A DNA stretch of 64,000 bases from Catajapyx aquilonaris (GCA_000934665.2 KZ538155.1:1-64000); one strand, 5' to 3'; counted from the first letter of the stretch, positions 28,602-40,937 are shown. The notes: generated by a model not told the origin, from the letters alone. Program-made: numbers and translations.

Positions 28602-28760
28602 GATGGACGGCTGCAAAGCGGAGACCACATACTGCAAATTGGGGACGTCAACCTGCGTGGAATGGGCTCTGAGCAGGTTGCTGCAGTTTTGCGGCAGACC
28701 GGAAGTCACGTTCGACTGGTGGTTGCCCGCCCCATTGAACCATCTTCACCAGACTATAAT
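28602..28760 (+). CDS. Patj: Patj/MPDZ exon: C-terminal half of PDZ2
   Basis: Acceptor ...ggccgcAG, donor AAT|gtaaga; 159 nt, phase 0/0. Encodes DGRLQSGDHILQIGDVNLRGMGSEQVAAVLRQTGSHVRLVVARPIEPSSPDYN. Confidence 0.95.
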
Positions 28761-29755
28761 GTAAGAGCAAGCTAGGTGCTGATGCCCACTGCCATTTACT
28801 TGTTTCCAAAGTGCTGGGGGTGGTGGGAAAATCCAAACCTAGTGTCTAAGAGTCAGAGATATATATGCTGCTTTTCATGAGGCAATGGATATCCTCACTT
28901 TTATGAGGAAGAAGGACAGCCCTTCTTGACTGTTAGTGTTAAGTCATAGATTGCTGTTTGGTTTATTTCCTTTTCCTACTCCTTATTTAATTTTTTTTCC
29001 ATCTGGCTTCCGGCTCAGGATGACTTCACACAGACAAAAAGTGATTCCAGCCAATGACCAAAGGTAGGTCGGTGTACCTGTCCACAGCGGGTGGGTGCTC
29101 GCAACACCTGTGGAATATCCTTAACGTTTTTCTTTTTTCAGTTTGATTTTTGCCACAGCACTATTTCTTGAGTTCGGTACCTATTTTTTGTATTGCCCCT
29201 GAGTTTTTTCTCTCTGTAAGAGTGTGTATATTTTTTGTCTTTGGTGTTTTTTCGATCAGGGTCATTTTGCAGTTTTTTTGGGGGGGGATGGGGGGAGGGT
29301 CACCTATGCTGACACCTATTTTTTATTTGTAAATGTTAAGAGCTGGTGAAGACTGCCTCAGGTTAGAATAATTTATACAACCAGCTGCATGTGAACGTCT
29401 TTTACTTATGAATAATTGCATCGTGAAAGAGCGACCATATATATTTTTGTTTTGATGGTTAAAGAGCATGACGTCCATTATTTTGTCAACTTTCAATCCT
29501 TGATCACCAAAGGTTGTGCAGAATTATAGCAGCATCCATCCACCTGTTGATGGGTATACTTGGCTTACCTTTGGTCAGCCGCATGTGGTGTGAAGTGTTG
29601 TGTGTACAAGTCTGGAGAGTGATCTGATGTCCCTATCCCTCAAATAGCTTGCATGGCAGACAGTGATTGGCCTATATATTCATGTAGTTGTCAGAGTCTT
29701 TAATACCCTAGTGTGAATGTTGTGACTGGTCATAATTGAAAAGCAAATATTGCAG

Positions 29756-29781
29756 GAGAGAGAGAGAGAGAGAGAGAGAGA
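29756..29781. repeat. (GA)13 microsatellite
   Basis: Read directly from the sequence. Confidence 0.9.
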
Positions 29782-30132
29782 AAAAAATGAAATTTGGAAT
29801 GTGCTTCGATATCCACTGCCTCATGTCACAGCAACGCAACCACGTCTTTTCTTTGAGTTGTCCATTTACGAACAAATGCCTGAGAGAAACTTTCGGTGTC
29901 GTAGTGCACAAGACGATGTATGTATACAGTCTGCAGTTTTACCATGGTTTTTATTTAGCTTTATAATTTGCATTGTTTATGTGCAGTTTTGTAGCAGTGA
30001 TAGTGTTTTGCCCATTAAGCACCTTTTATTTTTAGTGGAAGAAGTGCATGTATGTTGAGCAAATGTGAGCATGGAAGCGTTTTGAATGGTTTCTAGGGAT
30101 GATTTTGATGGAAATTTCTGGTACTTCTCCAG

Positions 30133-30315
30133 GCACTCAACAGCCATGCACCAATTGTCCCCACAAAAATTCTTGGGGACCCCGACGAACTGGAGCGCCA
30201 CCTCCTTCAGAATGGGTACACTGATCCATTCAGCCAGGGCAACGATGAAGCTTATGACGATCAGTTCATGTTCAGTCAGGAGGCCTCATCACACAGCCCT
30301 ACCATCGAGCTACAT
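30133..30315 (+). CDS. Patj: Patj/MPDZ exon: PDZ2-PDZ3 linker (correct frame not in the ORF track)
   Basis: Acceptor gtacttctccAG, donor CAT|gtaagc; 183 nt, phase 0/0. Encodes ALNSHAPIVPTKILGDPDELERHLLQNGYTDPF...TIELH, resembling the Drosophila Patj VVPTRVLVDPAELERYL segment. Confidence 0.9.
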
Positions 30316-31979
30316 GTAAGCTGCAAGTTTGATGCTAATGAAGTCAAGTTTTCAAACTTGACTAGCTTAAAATGCTTAGCTACCGTACTGACTTTGAACT
30401 TAGGGAAGACTGTGTAGGTTCAGCTTCTGTGTAGTTTCTGCTACATCATACTTTGTGACATAACTGAAGGAGTTAGTCTAAATATTGTTTTGGGCATTTA
30501 GCTTAAATGCGAGACAATAATAATTAATCACAGTGCAAATACCTCATATTTTAAACTCTGGGTGAAGATGTTACAAGAAAACATCGATCTTTTTATATCG
30601 AGAACATTTTATGCAGCAGTATCTGTTGAATTAATATATGAAGAGGATATGTTATCTACCTAAGTAGGCCTACAGTATAAATATCTTATGATGATCGATG
30701 ATCTTAGGATGCGGATGTTCCTTTTTACGAAGGAACCCCGTGATTTTCTGAAACAAGAAAGTTCACTTTACAATATACCTACTTGATGAACAAGAAATAT
30801 TTTGAAAGTGATAACTGTAGCCTTACTTGAGTAATGTAGCAGTTCAGGCAGGAGGATCATTACTGTCGGTATTATTAAGAGTCCCACGTGAGGTTGGTAA
30901 GTAGGTGGAGGAAAAACGTGGAAAGCCAGAGTTCATGCTACCACCGAGGAGGGAAATAATGAAGTGCGCAAATATGGAGTTTGGCATGTGGGAATTCCTT
31001 GGGCCTAAGGAATGCGCTGCATTAAGGGACCTAGGGAGATGTTGAGATTCTAATGGAAAGTTCTAGCAGGAGTGGGTTCAATTCCCTTGCCCTCCGACAT
31101 GGTTGCAAAGTGAATATGGATTTTGGCTAGATAGACATCACATGCTCGACATAGTGCCTGCAAGCTGTTTTTTTTTTGCAGCTCCACCTCTTTACATTTC
31201 AGCCTTACATTACATTTCAAAGTTTGACTAATAATGTTTTGCTGCTCTTGTTCATTAAATCTGAAACTGAAGTTCCAATATGGATATGGTTTCTGTAATG
31301 CAAGGCAGAATATTCTGAACCTGATTTGTTTGACCCTTGGATTTTTCTCGGGACCCATACTTTCCTCTGCCTGTAATTCTTGTTGCACTCATTCAGGGTG
31401 AATGTAATTATTGTGAGTTTTTAAGCAGTAGGCCTACAGTATATCCATGCTGTTCTTGGTACATATTAATGAAAGGTAGGCTGAGTAAATGAACTTAGAG
31501 CCATTGTCCCAAGGTTATTAATTTTATGGTTGCATTTGTCAGAGAGGTTTCCTGCAAGGAATACTTTCCCAGGTTTCAAGCAAATTTGGTTGAGTGAAAC
31601 GCAGTTTGTGATAGATGAGAACTTCTATTGGGAATTTATGCACCACTGCAGGCAGTTAAAGATAACGTACATGGCAGCTTAGAAAATCGGTAGGGGATAA
31701 TAATTATCAAATGAAGCTTAATGCATCATCAATACTGCCACAAGGAACATGTTAATGATTGCTAACATTGTTTGCCTTTGCTCTTCAATGTTCTTCTTCG
31801 GAGGTAGCAGAATGAACAGTTTTTTTGGAAATAGACAGCAAGTTTTCTCTAAACCTATTTTGTGTCAGATGTTTCAAGAATGTAGATAAAAGTGTAAAAT
31901 GAGGAACCAGCGACTCATTGCTGCTCTGCAGTTGTCCACATGGAGTACTGATTAGGCCACTGTATCGTCTCATTTTTAG

Positions 31980-32175
31980 CAACCTCAACCAAGTGCTGCT
32001 TCTCCACCCACCACATCGGTGACGAGGGCAGGGGCCACCAACCTGCTGGCCCCTACTTCGGACCTGGATGCTATGGTGTTGGACAAACTGCCTGAAATGG
32101 AGATACTTGAAGTTGAGCTGAAGAAGGATGCGCATGGTCTGGGAATAACCATCGCAGGATATGTGTGTGAAAAAG
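31980..32175 (+). CDS. Patj: Patj/MPDZ exon: linker and start of PDZ3
   Basis: Acceptor tctcatttttAG, donor AAG|gtcagt; phase 0 in, 1 out. Encodes QPQPSAASPPTTSVTR...LPEMEILEVELKKDAHGLGITIAGYVCEK. Confidence 0.92.
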
Positions 32176-33185
32176 GTCAGTCTTGTAATAGTAAGATATT
32201 TGTACAGGTATGTGGAAAGATTGTGGAAATTTTGTGCAGTTACAAGTTGTCAAAAATATTGAGCAATGATATGTTCAGAAATGATCCCTACTGAAAGGTG
32301 TAGTAGATAGGTGAACCAGTCGTAGATATTGTCAGTCTTCTGGTTCAAGGTGTGAAGCCACAGGACAATCGTGCATATATTTTATAACATGTACATTTCC
32401 AGGCAGTGCTCCATGAAAATGCTACTCTCCTAATCTTTATGCCATGGGCCTAGTACAGGGACAACTTGCATTTATAAAATAATAATCACGGTACTTTGTA
32501 AAGACCTTTCTGCATTTTTGTCTGTTTCTCTGAATTAAAAGTGTAGCAAATCTATATTTGTATACGTGATTTGTGCCAAGCATACATACTTGAGCAACAG
32601 GATTAAAATCAGATAGGCCACGAATAATACATGTTTGCACTCTGCTGCAAATGTATGGGTGGTAGGGCCTGGGAATACAAACTAGTTTGGATGCATAAAC
32701 AAAGAGCCTATGCAAAAATAAACTCATGTGCCACATGAAATTATATATGCACCTTTAAAATGTAAATGTATGTATTTGTAAATTTAATTATGTGTGTAAG
32801 AATAGGTGTGCACGGTAAAAATTATACGCACGGTTTCCCCTGTTGGCTTCCATTTCAGTGGTTTTACAGCTCCCAGTTCAGAACCGCGTTTATTTTTTGT
32901 AAACATGCCCCATGTATCTGAAATAACATTTGTGTTTTTTTAAAATACTGTTTAAAATAGGTAGCTGTAAATGAGGTGCAATTTCTGGGTTTAAAATAAA
33001 CTTAGCATTTATATGCAGTATGGTCAAAGTAATGACATTCTTTTGGTGCATTCAGAAAGTATTAGCAGTGTCTTTTAAAGCAAAGATTGCTGCAACCTGA
33101 AAAGAGATTTAGCTCTTCCTGAAGTAATTGACCCGAATGTACCGTATGTTAATTTGATGTAATATGCATTCAATTATTTTTCCAG

Positions 33186-33487
33186 AGGAGCTGTCAGGAA
33201 TATTTGTGAAGAGTGTGAGTGAAGGGAGTGCAGCAGACATATGCGGCATGATCCAAGTGAACGACCGCATAGTGGAGGTGGATGGACAATCACTGCAGGG
33301 TTTCACCAACCACCAGGCAGTGGAGGTTCTTCGAAGCACCAGCCAAACTGTCCGACTGAAGCTTGAGCGTTATCTGAGGGGGCCGAAGTTTGAGCAGCTA
33401 CAGGCCGCAATAGCCAACAGTGAACTGAAACCACCCACACCCTCTTCCCCATCTGCTGCGTCACTCCCACATGTGCCTGTTAATATG
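33186..33487 (+). CDS. Patj: Patj/MPDZ exon: remainder of PDZ3
   Basis: Acceptor tatttttccAG, donor ATG|gtaaat; phase 1 in, 0 out. Encodes EELSGIFVKSVSEGSAADICGMIQVNDRIVEVDGQSLQGFTNHQAVEVLR...RYLRGPKFEQLQAAIA...VNM. Confidence 0.95.
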
Positions 33488-33868
33488 GTAAATACTCAGT
33501 TGCTAAGCTTATCTCAGGAAGCAAAAAATGCAACATAGTAAAACATTGGAGCAATATGACAAAATATGATAGATAAGACATGATGAGTGGATTCAGACAG
33601 GTTGTACACGGAAGTTGTAGTAAGGTGCTTCAGAATTTGGCTAATTGTTTCACAAATAGAATAATCTGAGTTGAAACTTTCACTGTGATGTATGATACGT
33701 CAGGACATGCAATAATAATTCAATTATTTTACATTTCTCAAAGTTTGTGATATTATGCCATGCTCTACTTTACAGTTTTGTGAACTGATATAGTGGGTTA
33801 TTCTATTTTAATACAAAAATAGGCTAACGTTACTTTTATTACCCTACCTGGAACTTATCTTATTTCAG

Positions 33869-34429
33869 GATGAGGAAGTGCAAGGGCTTCAGGAAGAAGT
33901 AGAGCCTGAAGCTGAAGCTGAAGCTGAAGTAGAGTCACTCACTGAAACGGTGGAAGCAGAGAACAGGGAGGTGGACCTAGAAGACCTGGAGCTGTTGATT
34001 GATTCCAACTATGAGACAGAACTGAAACCCACAGTAGAGGCTGCCATCCAGGCCAAGTGGTCCAAGATGATGGGACCTGAATGTGAGATTGTTGTGTCGC
34101 AGCTGTCAAAATTTAAAGAGGGAGGTGGACTGGGCATCAGCTTGGAAGGAACAGTGGATGTTGAAGATGGCAAGGAGGTTCGTCCCCACCATTACATCCG
34201 GTCCATATTGGCAGATGGGCCAGTGGGGAAAAACCAGAAGTTGCAGGGAGGGGATGAACTCCTGGAAGTGAATGGAAAGAAGCTGCTGGGGCTTAACCAC
34301 ATGGAGGTAGTCACCATCCTCAAGGAGCTTCCCATGCATGTACGGATGGTCTGCGCAAGGAGACCTGGGGAGCCTTTGCCTTACAGGCCCATTGACACGG
34401 CACAAGACAGGGCTGCTTTTGCTGCAAGG
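33869..34429 (+). CDS. Patj: Patj/MPDZ exon: acidic linker and PDZ4
   Basis: Acceptor tcttatttcAG, donor AGG|gttagt; 561 nt, phase 0/0. Encodes DEEVQGLQ...GGLGISLEGTVDVEDGKEVRPHHYIRSILADGPVG...AAFAAR. Confidence 0.95.
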
Positions 34430-34811
34430 GTTAGTTCATCTTTCTACCCATCTTAGTTAGATCAGAAAAGTATTTCTGAACCTTTTTTGACCGTGGCCCA
34501 CTTATAGACGGGAAAAAGAACGCAAGGAGCACTGTGGCCACTAACCTCATTACCACATTGTCCTTTGCCAATAAAACTCTCATAATGAATTAAAGTTTTG
34601 ATCGGTTTGTGGCCCACTAGTTGGCTGTAGACTGCCCATTGAGAACCATTGGGAAAGCAGATAGCCTCATAAACTAAAACAAACGAATTCATGAAATATT
34701 CTAATGAATGATGATGTGGTGGCCATAACCAAAATGGTTTCTTCAGCATGTGTGTATGCCATGCAGCAGTTCCCATGACATGGATAAGAGACAAGTGTGC
34801 TTGCATTATAG

Positions 34812-35048
34812 AACATCCTGGGAGGCAGCCTGCAGAACCTGTTCCCCCAGACGGATCGACTTGTGAAAGCAAAGAGTGATGGCTCCCTAGCCTCATCCAC
34901 CACTGTCACCACGGACACAAGCTTCTCCAAGATGAAGTCCAGATCCCTGGAACCACTCACAGGGCTAGCCATGTGGAGCTCAGAGCCGCAGGTCATCGAA
35001 CTTGTCAAAGGAGAACGTGGTCTGGGTTTCAGCATCCTGGATTATCAG
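34812..35048 (+). CDS. Patj: Patj/MPDZ exon: linker and start of PDZ5
   Basis: Acceptor ttgcattatAG, donor CAG|gtgagg; phase 0/0. Encodes NILGGSLQNLFPQTDRLVKAKSDGSLASS...MWSSEPQVIELVKGERGLGFSILDYQ. Confidence 0.94.
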
Positions 35049-35288
35049 GTGAGGTGCTTACAGGAGCTGCATTTTTGTGACTTGGGGATGATCTTGTGAT
35101 ATTGACATGAATGACATGCATGAACTCAATGCTTACATTAATTGATGACATTTGAATTTTTTATGGAAGAATCTGAATTCATTTGGAGTTCCAATTTGCA
35201 ACTTCTTCTCGGCAGTAAACATGAATAGTTTGAGGCATGAAACTAGCCAAAGGAAAACAATATTGTTAGCAAGATATTCCTGATAAGG

Positions 35289-35475
35289 ATGGTCGGGCAA
35301 TGATTTAGGTCACAGCCTTCCAACTCTGAGGTTCTAGGTTCATTTCTAGGATTGTGCAAGTGTTTCTCATGGGGGAAAAAGTTTCAATAAGTTCTCTCTG
35401 TGTTTGTGTGGATTTCCTTGAGGTTGTCCTGTTCCCTTTAACAAAATCCATCAGCAATACAGGAATAGAATAAAG
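35289..35475 (+). mobile_element. Degenerate tRNA-derived SINE with a V-domain-like core
   Basis: A-box-like ggtcgggcaatgattt and B-box-like ggttcatttct (35337-35347), followed by gttctctctgtgtttgtgtggatttccttgaggttgtcctgttccc. This resembles the V-SINE core (GTTCTCCCTGTGTCTGCGTGGGTTTCCTCCGGGTGCTCCGGTTTCC) as I recall it. Confidence 0.45.
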
Positions 35476-37727
35476 ACGGGTATTTAACTATCTAAAAGGC
35501 AATAGGTGCCTTGAAGGGGTATTCGGTTATTAAGCTACTCATGTTGTCTTAATTACCAGAACATGCTTGAGGTTTCTTGGAAACTTGATTTCTTCCACAT
35601 GTGGTTAATGAAGCTTTTCAGCAGAGTTTTTTTCTTGGGGTAAGTTAAGAAAATGATCTTACCTCTCTCTGTCTGCTGACTGGCATGTTTATTGTGTCTA
35701 TCAAAATATCATGTAGCTAAAGTTACATGCCCCAAACCAGGTTTGTTTGTGGGAGAGGAAGGGCATGAGGCACGGAGGTTGGGTGTTGGTTATGATATCT
35801 ATACCCAATGCCCCCTCTCTATTCCTTGGCTCTTCCTCTACTGCATTCAAGCATGTCTAGGGAAGTGTCAGTTCAGCCGTACGTTGGACCAGCTATTGTT
35901 GTTTTTGGTTTGGGGTCAGGTGTTTTGCCCCTGTCAGGTCTTTCATATCTGCACCACTATGCAGTGGTATTGTCCATGCTTAAAGTCATACTCTCTGTGC
36001 TCAGATAGGGTCAGGGATATGTTGAGGTCTTCACTTACTTCTCTGTTTTGGTTTGGTGGTTAATGTTTTGACCCCATACCTGTGAGGATATTACCACACT
36101 CGGGGCACCCTTTCCCCCGGCCCTCCTTTCCCTTTACCCACATTAAAGGGACATCATTAGAATTGCAAATTGGCCTCTAAATACTGTATTGGGCGGAAGA
36201 AGAAAAAACCTCAATTCTGAGGGTGCAATCCAGTTTCTGAGAACATAAAGGTAACCATTGGCAAGTCAGGAAAAAGTAACTGTCTGCCAGCTAGAAGTGC
36301 CATCAGACAGGCAATGGTGGAAATGTGGCAATAAAGGATTGGGTCACTTCATCTGGTACTGGCCATTCCAGGGCTGGCTGCTGAGGATGGACTTTCCTTA
36401 CTTTGACCTCTTGCCCTGGATTTACCTATCACTTCACAGAAAAACAGATTGCAGCCTCAGAATTATTTTTTTTGCCTGAATTTTAGTTTCCTACTGCAGA
36501 GTGGATGCACAATGTCCCTTAAATCTAGTCTCATGCCATTAATTTTTGTCAGTAGCTATGACCAACCAAGTACCAAAGGGAGTTGCAACAAGTTGATGGT
36601 GCTAGGTTATAATCACGAGCCATTACTTTGGTCGTGAGGTGGTTCCTGAAACAATAAATCTCTCTCGACATTTTATGCCCATGTCACACCCACATTACTG
36701 GAACCCACTTGTTGTGTTTCCCAGTGACAGCAATCATTAACATCCTATGAAAGAGAGGGTAGCAATATATTAGAGTGTATTGCTCAACTGCATGTCAGTT
36801 GAATATTGGGGATGTTGCTATATACTGCATACAAATTCAGGATTGCTGTTTTTTTTTTTTTTTAATACTTCAACTCTTCAGCCCCTACCAAGGTCCCTAT
36901 AGTTCATTTTACCTCAGGGTGTCTTATGCCCAGATGAGTATTTTAATATTGTAGTGCCCAAACCTCTACTTGAGGCTTGGCGGGCTCGCGGGGAATGTGG
37001 GACCAGTAATATACCTGGGATGTATAGGATGATGGGACTCCAATTGATAGGAGGGGGGAGGTGGTTGGGTGATAATAAATCCAGCACTATCTTTTCTTCA
37101 ATTCTTCTCTATTATTCCACTTCCACAATCGTGATGTAACCAACAACTAACAATTCTGGGGTCTGGGACAACTACAACCTTTATCTCTCTACTCCTGAAC
37201 CGAACCTAACTGACTCTGCCCTTCACAAGTTGGACAAAAAACCCCAAAATGCACACACCCAGACAAATGGTCTCCTTGACCCACTGGACACTACCCTCCA
37301 AGAAGCCTCCCCTCCCAGGCATGTTGCAAGGTGAGGGTCCTTTTGTTTCACACCCCCCACTGGAACAGAACCCCTGGCTGAAAATGAGAAAGAAAGGGCT
37401 TCCAAAAATGTGGGTCCAGGTTTTACAAACTTAGCACTACAATATGGAAATCTTACTAAACACACTGATAACTAAAATACTGTAGTAAGGGAGGGGGGAA
37501 AATGCAATAAGGCTGGACCAAAGTAGGAAGTGGATGGGCTGTCATTTTCTAAGCGTACCTCCTGATAGCTTGTCCTAATGTTTTCTTGAGCAAAAATGAT
37601 GGGTGGAAGACTAGGCCTCAGCATTCAACATTTATCTGATGTTACGGTGTTACTTTTAATTGCATTGTAGAATTTGATGAATTGAAGGAAATTAAACTAC
37701 TAAATGTAGCCCAACATGCACTTCCAG

Positions 37728-37964
37728 GATCCAATGAACCCCAACGAGACGGTGATTGTGATCCGCAGTCTCGTTCCGGGTGGAGTGGCTCAGCAGGACG
37801 GCCGGCTTATCCCAGGAGACCGCCTCATGTTTGTCAACGATACCAACTTGGAGAATGCCTCTTTAGATCAAGCGGTCCAGGCATTGAAGGGAGCTCCAAA
37901 AGGAGTGGTGCGAATTGGGGTCGCCAAGCCTTTACCTCTCCCAGACAGCGTGTCGCACAGCCAG
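37728..37964 (+). CDS. Patj: Patj/MPDZ exon: remainder of PDZ5 (internal form, spliced at CAG|GTGAGT)
   Basis: Acceptor cacttccAG, consensus donor CAG|gtgagt; phase 0/0. Encodes DPMNPNETVIVIRSLVPGGVAQQDGRLIPGDRLMFVN...GVAKPLPLPDSVSHSQ. Confidence 0.95.
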
Positions 37965-38159
37965 GTGAGTGAGGATGCTGCCGAGTGCGAAGGTTATTCA
38001 GAAGGGTACTCCCTAGACAGGGAAGGATGTTTGGGGAGACTGGGCCCTCTGGTGGAGGAATCATGGGGTGCAGGAGGGGAAGGAGGAGGAGAGGGGGATG
38101 CAGCATCGCATGTGTCATCGTCAAGCTCACCCAGTATTGTGAAGTCGGAGAGCTTCTAG
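37965..38159 (+). CDS. Patj: In-frame read-through extension of the PDZ5 exon giving an alternative C-terminus (short Patj-like isoform)
   Basis: The frame stays open for 64 codons past the donor to TAG at 38157-38159 (VSEDAAECEGYSEG...SIVKSESF*). The sequence is exon-like in composition and followed by an AT-rich, UTR-like region. Confidence 0.6.
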   Translation: MSEDAAECEGYSEGYSLDREGCLGRLGPLVEESWGAGGEGGGEGDAASHVSSSSSPSIVKSESF

Positions 38160-40931
38160 GGGATGGGGAAGTTGGGAGTGTAAGTCAGAAAGAAGATGGT
38201 CGTACTTTCCTAACTTGACACAAAGGCATGCTTGGTTTCCATGCAGTTAGAGATTGATTGTCCCATGCAGACAACTTGTAACTCGAATGCTGCCGGGTGC
38301 AGATTTTGTAAAATGAAGAACGGAAAACAAATGCTGCACAAATACATTTACTGAAGGGAAGATATATTCTGAACCAGGGCTGATATTTCAAAAGCAAGTT
38401 TTTTGATTTATGTAAATTAAATCAAACTGAATTATGAGTGACAGGTCAATTTTTGTGCAGCTAAAGCTGCAAGGTAATTTATGAGCCAAGCAAGATTGGA
38501 TTGATGGCGTATTGTTTAATCCTGGTAAACCTAATTTTGTTGCAGATGAGAGGAAATTGAATGGTGCTATAGCTAGATGAGATTTTGCTCTTCCATGATT
38601 AGTCTTTAATCCTGTCAACACACATAATGCATCGACACTGTGAGTAGAGTGATGGAAATTATTGTGTGGCACAGGCACTGCCAAATTAAAATCTGCATTG
38701 AAACTTTAATCTGTTAAATTCCTCAATGCTAGAGGTAAATCTGTGAAAAAGTATTTTCTCTAACCGGTTCTGTTTCTGTTACCAGTAAATCCGCTGAGTA
38801 CAATTCATTTGATACTTGCGGAGGAATTACTATTGCATTAATAACCGAAGAAATATTCATTTTGGGAAGTTAATCTGCGTTATTGAAAGAGTAGTTGGCA
38901 TTTTGCACTTGGTGGCTTCAGGTTTTTTACAATATGTCTTACCATTGGTACAGCAGCTGAATTGTAAGGGTTACTGTGGAAATCAAAGACTGGGCTGATT
39001 CGATTGAAAAGATGGGACTTATTCTTTTCAGTACTTAGGAGTGGATCCACAAGGTAGGAAAGTTCGACTGTGTTAATTTCCAGATGCTTGAGGGCAGTGT
39101 ATTGTACGATGCTGAAAGATTGACAACACATGCTTATTGTTGAAGGTGGATTGACTGGCTTAATCCACTTCATTGCTTTAACAACTGAGATGAGTTCTTG
39201 TTCGTTCAGCTTGCAAAGTGGCCAAGTTGCAGAAGGTGTGATAATTTTAATACAGAAAGCTTACAAGACAACCTGATTTTACAGTGGCTTTGAAAGTTAG
39301 CTAATTGCAGTTAGCTATTGTAACTTAAGACTGGTAGGGAGATAACAACCGGAATATAACATGAGATGGTAATTTTCACAACTGCAACGCACACCCAGTT
39401 TTATGCTAACGAAAATCTACGTACTAGCATCGAGACTATTGTTCTCATTTTCCAGTGTTGCACTTCCGGTCCATTTCAAGCTCTTGTTTTAATGTTTACA
39501 CAAAGTTCATGAACAACTGTGGCCTTCATATCAAAATGTTGTTAATGTTTCTGACTTGCACTCTCCTAACATTTTTGCTGCGTAACTTATCCATTCCTGT
39601 GCTTTCTCATAACACTGTTTAAAGGTGCAGGCTAGTCATTTGAAAACTTGCTTGTGGTTTAATCACATTTGGGAGGTCATAAAGTGATAACAGCGTAAAC
39701 CAAAGTTCCGTCTGTGGACCATGTGCGGACAATCCATCACTTTTTCCCAACCATTACTAGCAAGCCGTAAAAGTTGATTGTTGCTTACAGCGGCAATGCG
39801 TAATCTTAATCTTGTTTTCAAATGCGTTAATGTTATACATATTATGTGTTTGCATTCACAACTTTCATGATTCACTGGTTCATGGAATTTACTGTTAGTT
39901 TTACTTTATTATATGTGGCTTATCATGGGACATCTGGTATGTTAGTGGTTTGTGATCTACTTCTGGTACGTGCATTCATGGTCTGTGTAACATGAAAAAT
40001 GTGACATGTGCCAGAATATCACTTATAGAACTTGTAGCATTTTTTTTTCAGTGTTTGTTAAAAATACACTGCTTTTTGGAACAGCAATTATCCTGGACGT
40101 TTCCTCCCCCCTTCAAAGTGAATTGCATTTTAGGGTGTTGATCAGAATCAGAGGAGTGACATCTGGAGTTGATTGCTTTATTGTCACCCGGAGTCAGGCA
40201 TGATGCCAGCTCCACAGCGCCATTAGTTTTTGGTACCGAACCATTCAAACAGTGGCTCAGTAATGAATGTGGAGGGGTTACAATTGAGTTTTAGTGGTTC
40301 GGTACTGAATAGCAAGGGGCAGCATTGAACCAGCTTGATTCTCCTATTTGGAGGGAACCCGCTGGCTTTTTTCAGCGACTCTCTCCGCAATGGGACACAG
40401 CAAGTCTAACTTTGTTCCATCTCTGAAAGTGCAATTGGATTGCCTTCACCGGCAGATGCACTGCTTTCAATCTGCCCCAAAAGGGTCAGGCTGCAGGACT
40501 GCTGAAAATGGTTCAGTGGATTAACCTCAAATAATGCTATAGCCATGGACTTGGATTATCGATTCGGGTTTATTCTCTCAATCTGCAAGTTGCACAAATT
40601 TTCTTGCCTCCCAAGTTTTATTAATGCTGGTGTGTCCTCTGCAGACATTGATCAAATGTTCACAATGCTTGTGAGAGTTTAATCACTTTGCTCGTCCTTT
40701 GGGGGATGCTGCCAACTACAGGATGCGCTATAATGGAAGGCAGGGGCTCCGGCATTAATATTTATAACTCCTTAGGAAATGGATCACTGAGGGATTCGAA
40801 TCTCCTTTCTCCATTTTATTATAGGTTTTTTCCCTCGCTTCCACAAGGCATCCTGTAGCTTACTTGACATATCACGCTTTTAGTAGGTCATAATTTCGTC
40901 GCTTTACATTGCACCGCGGCCTGAATCAATG

Positions 40932-40937
40932 AATAAA
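40932..40937 (+). promoter_or_regulatory. Candidate AATAAA polyadenylation signal for the short isoform
   Basis: First canonical AATAAA I found downstream of the 38159 stop; variant ATTAAA hexamers occur at 38416 and 38685. Confidence 0.3.

Noticed and set aside
33906..33929. (CTGAAG)4 coding repeat giving EAEAEAE
   Set aside because: Ordinary low-complexity linker expansion.
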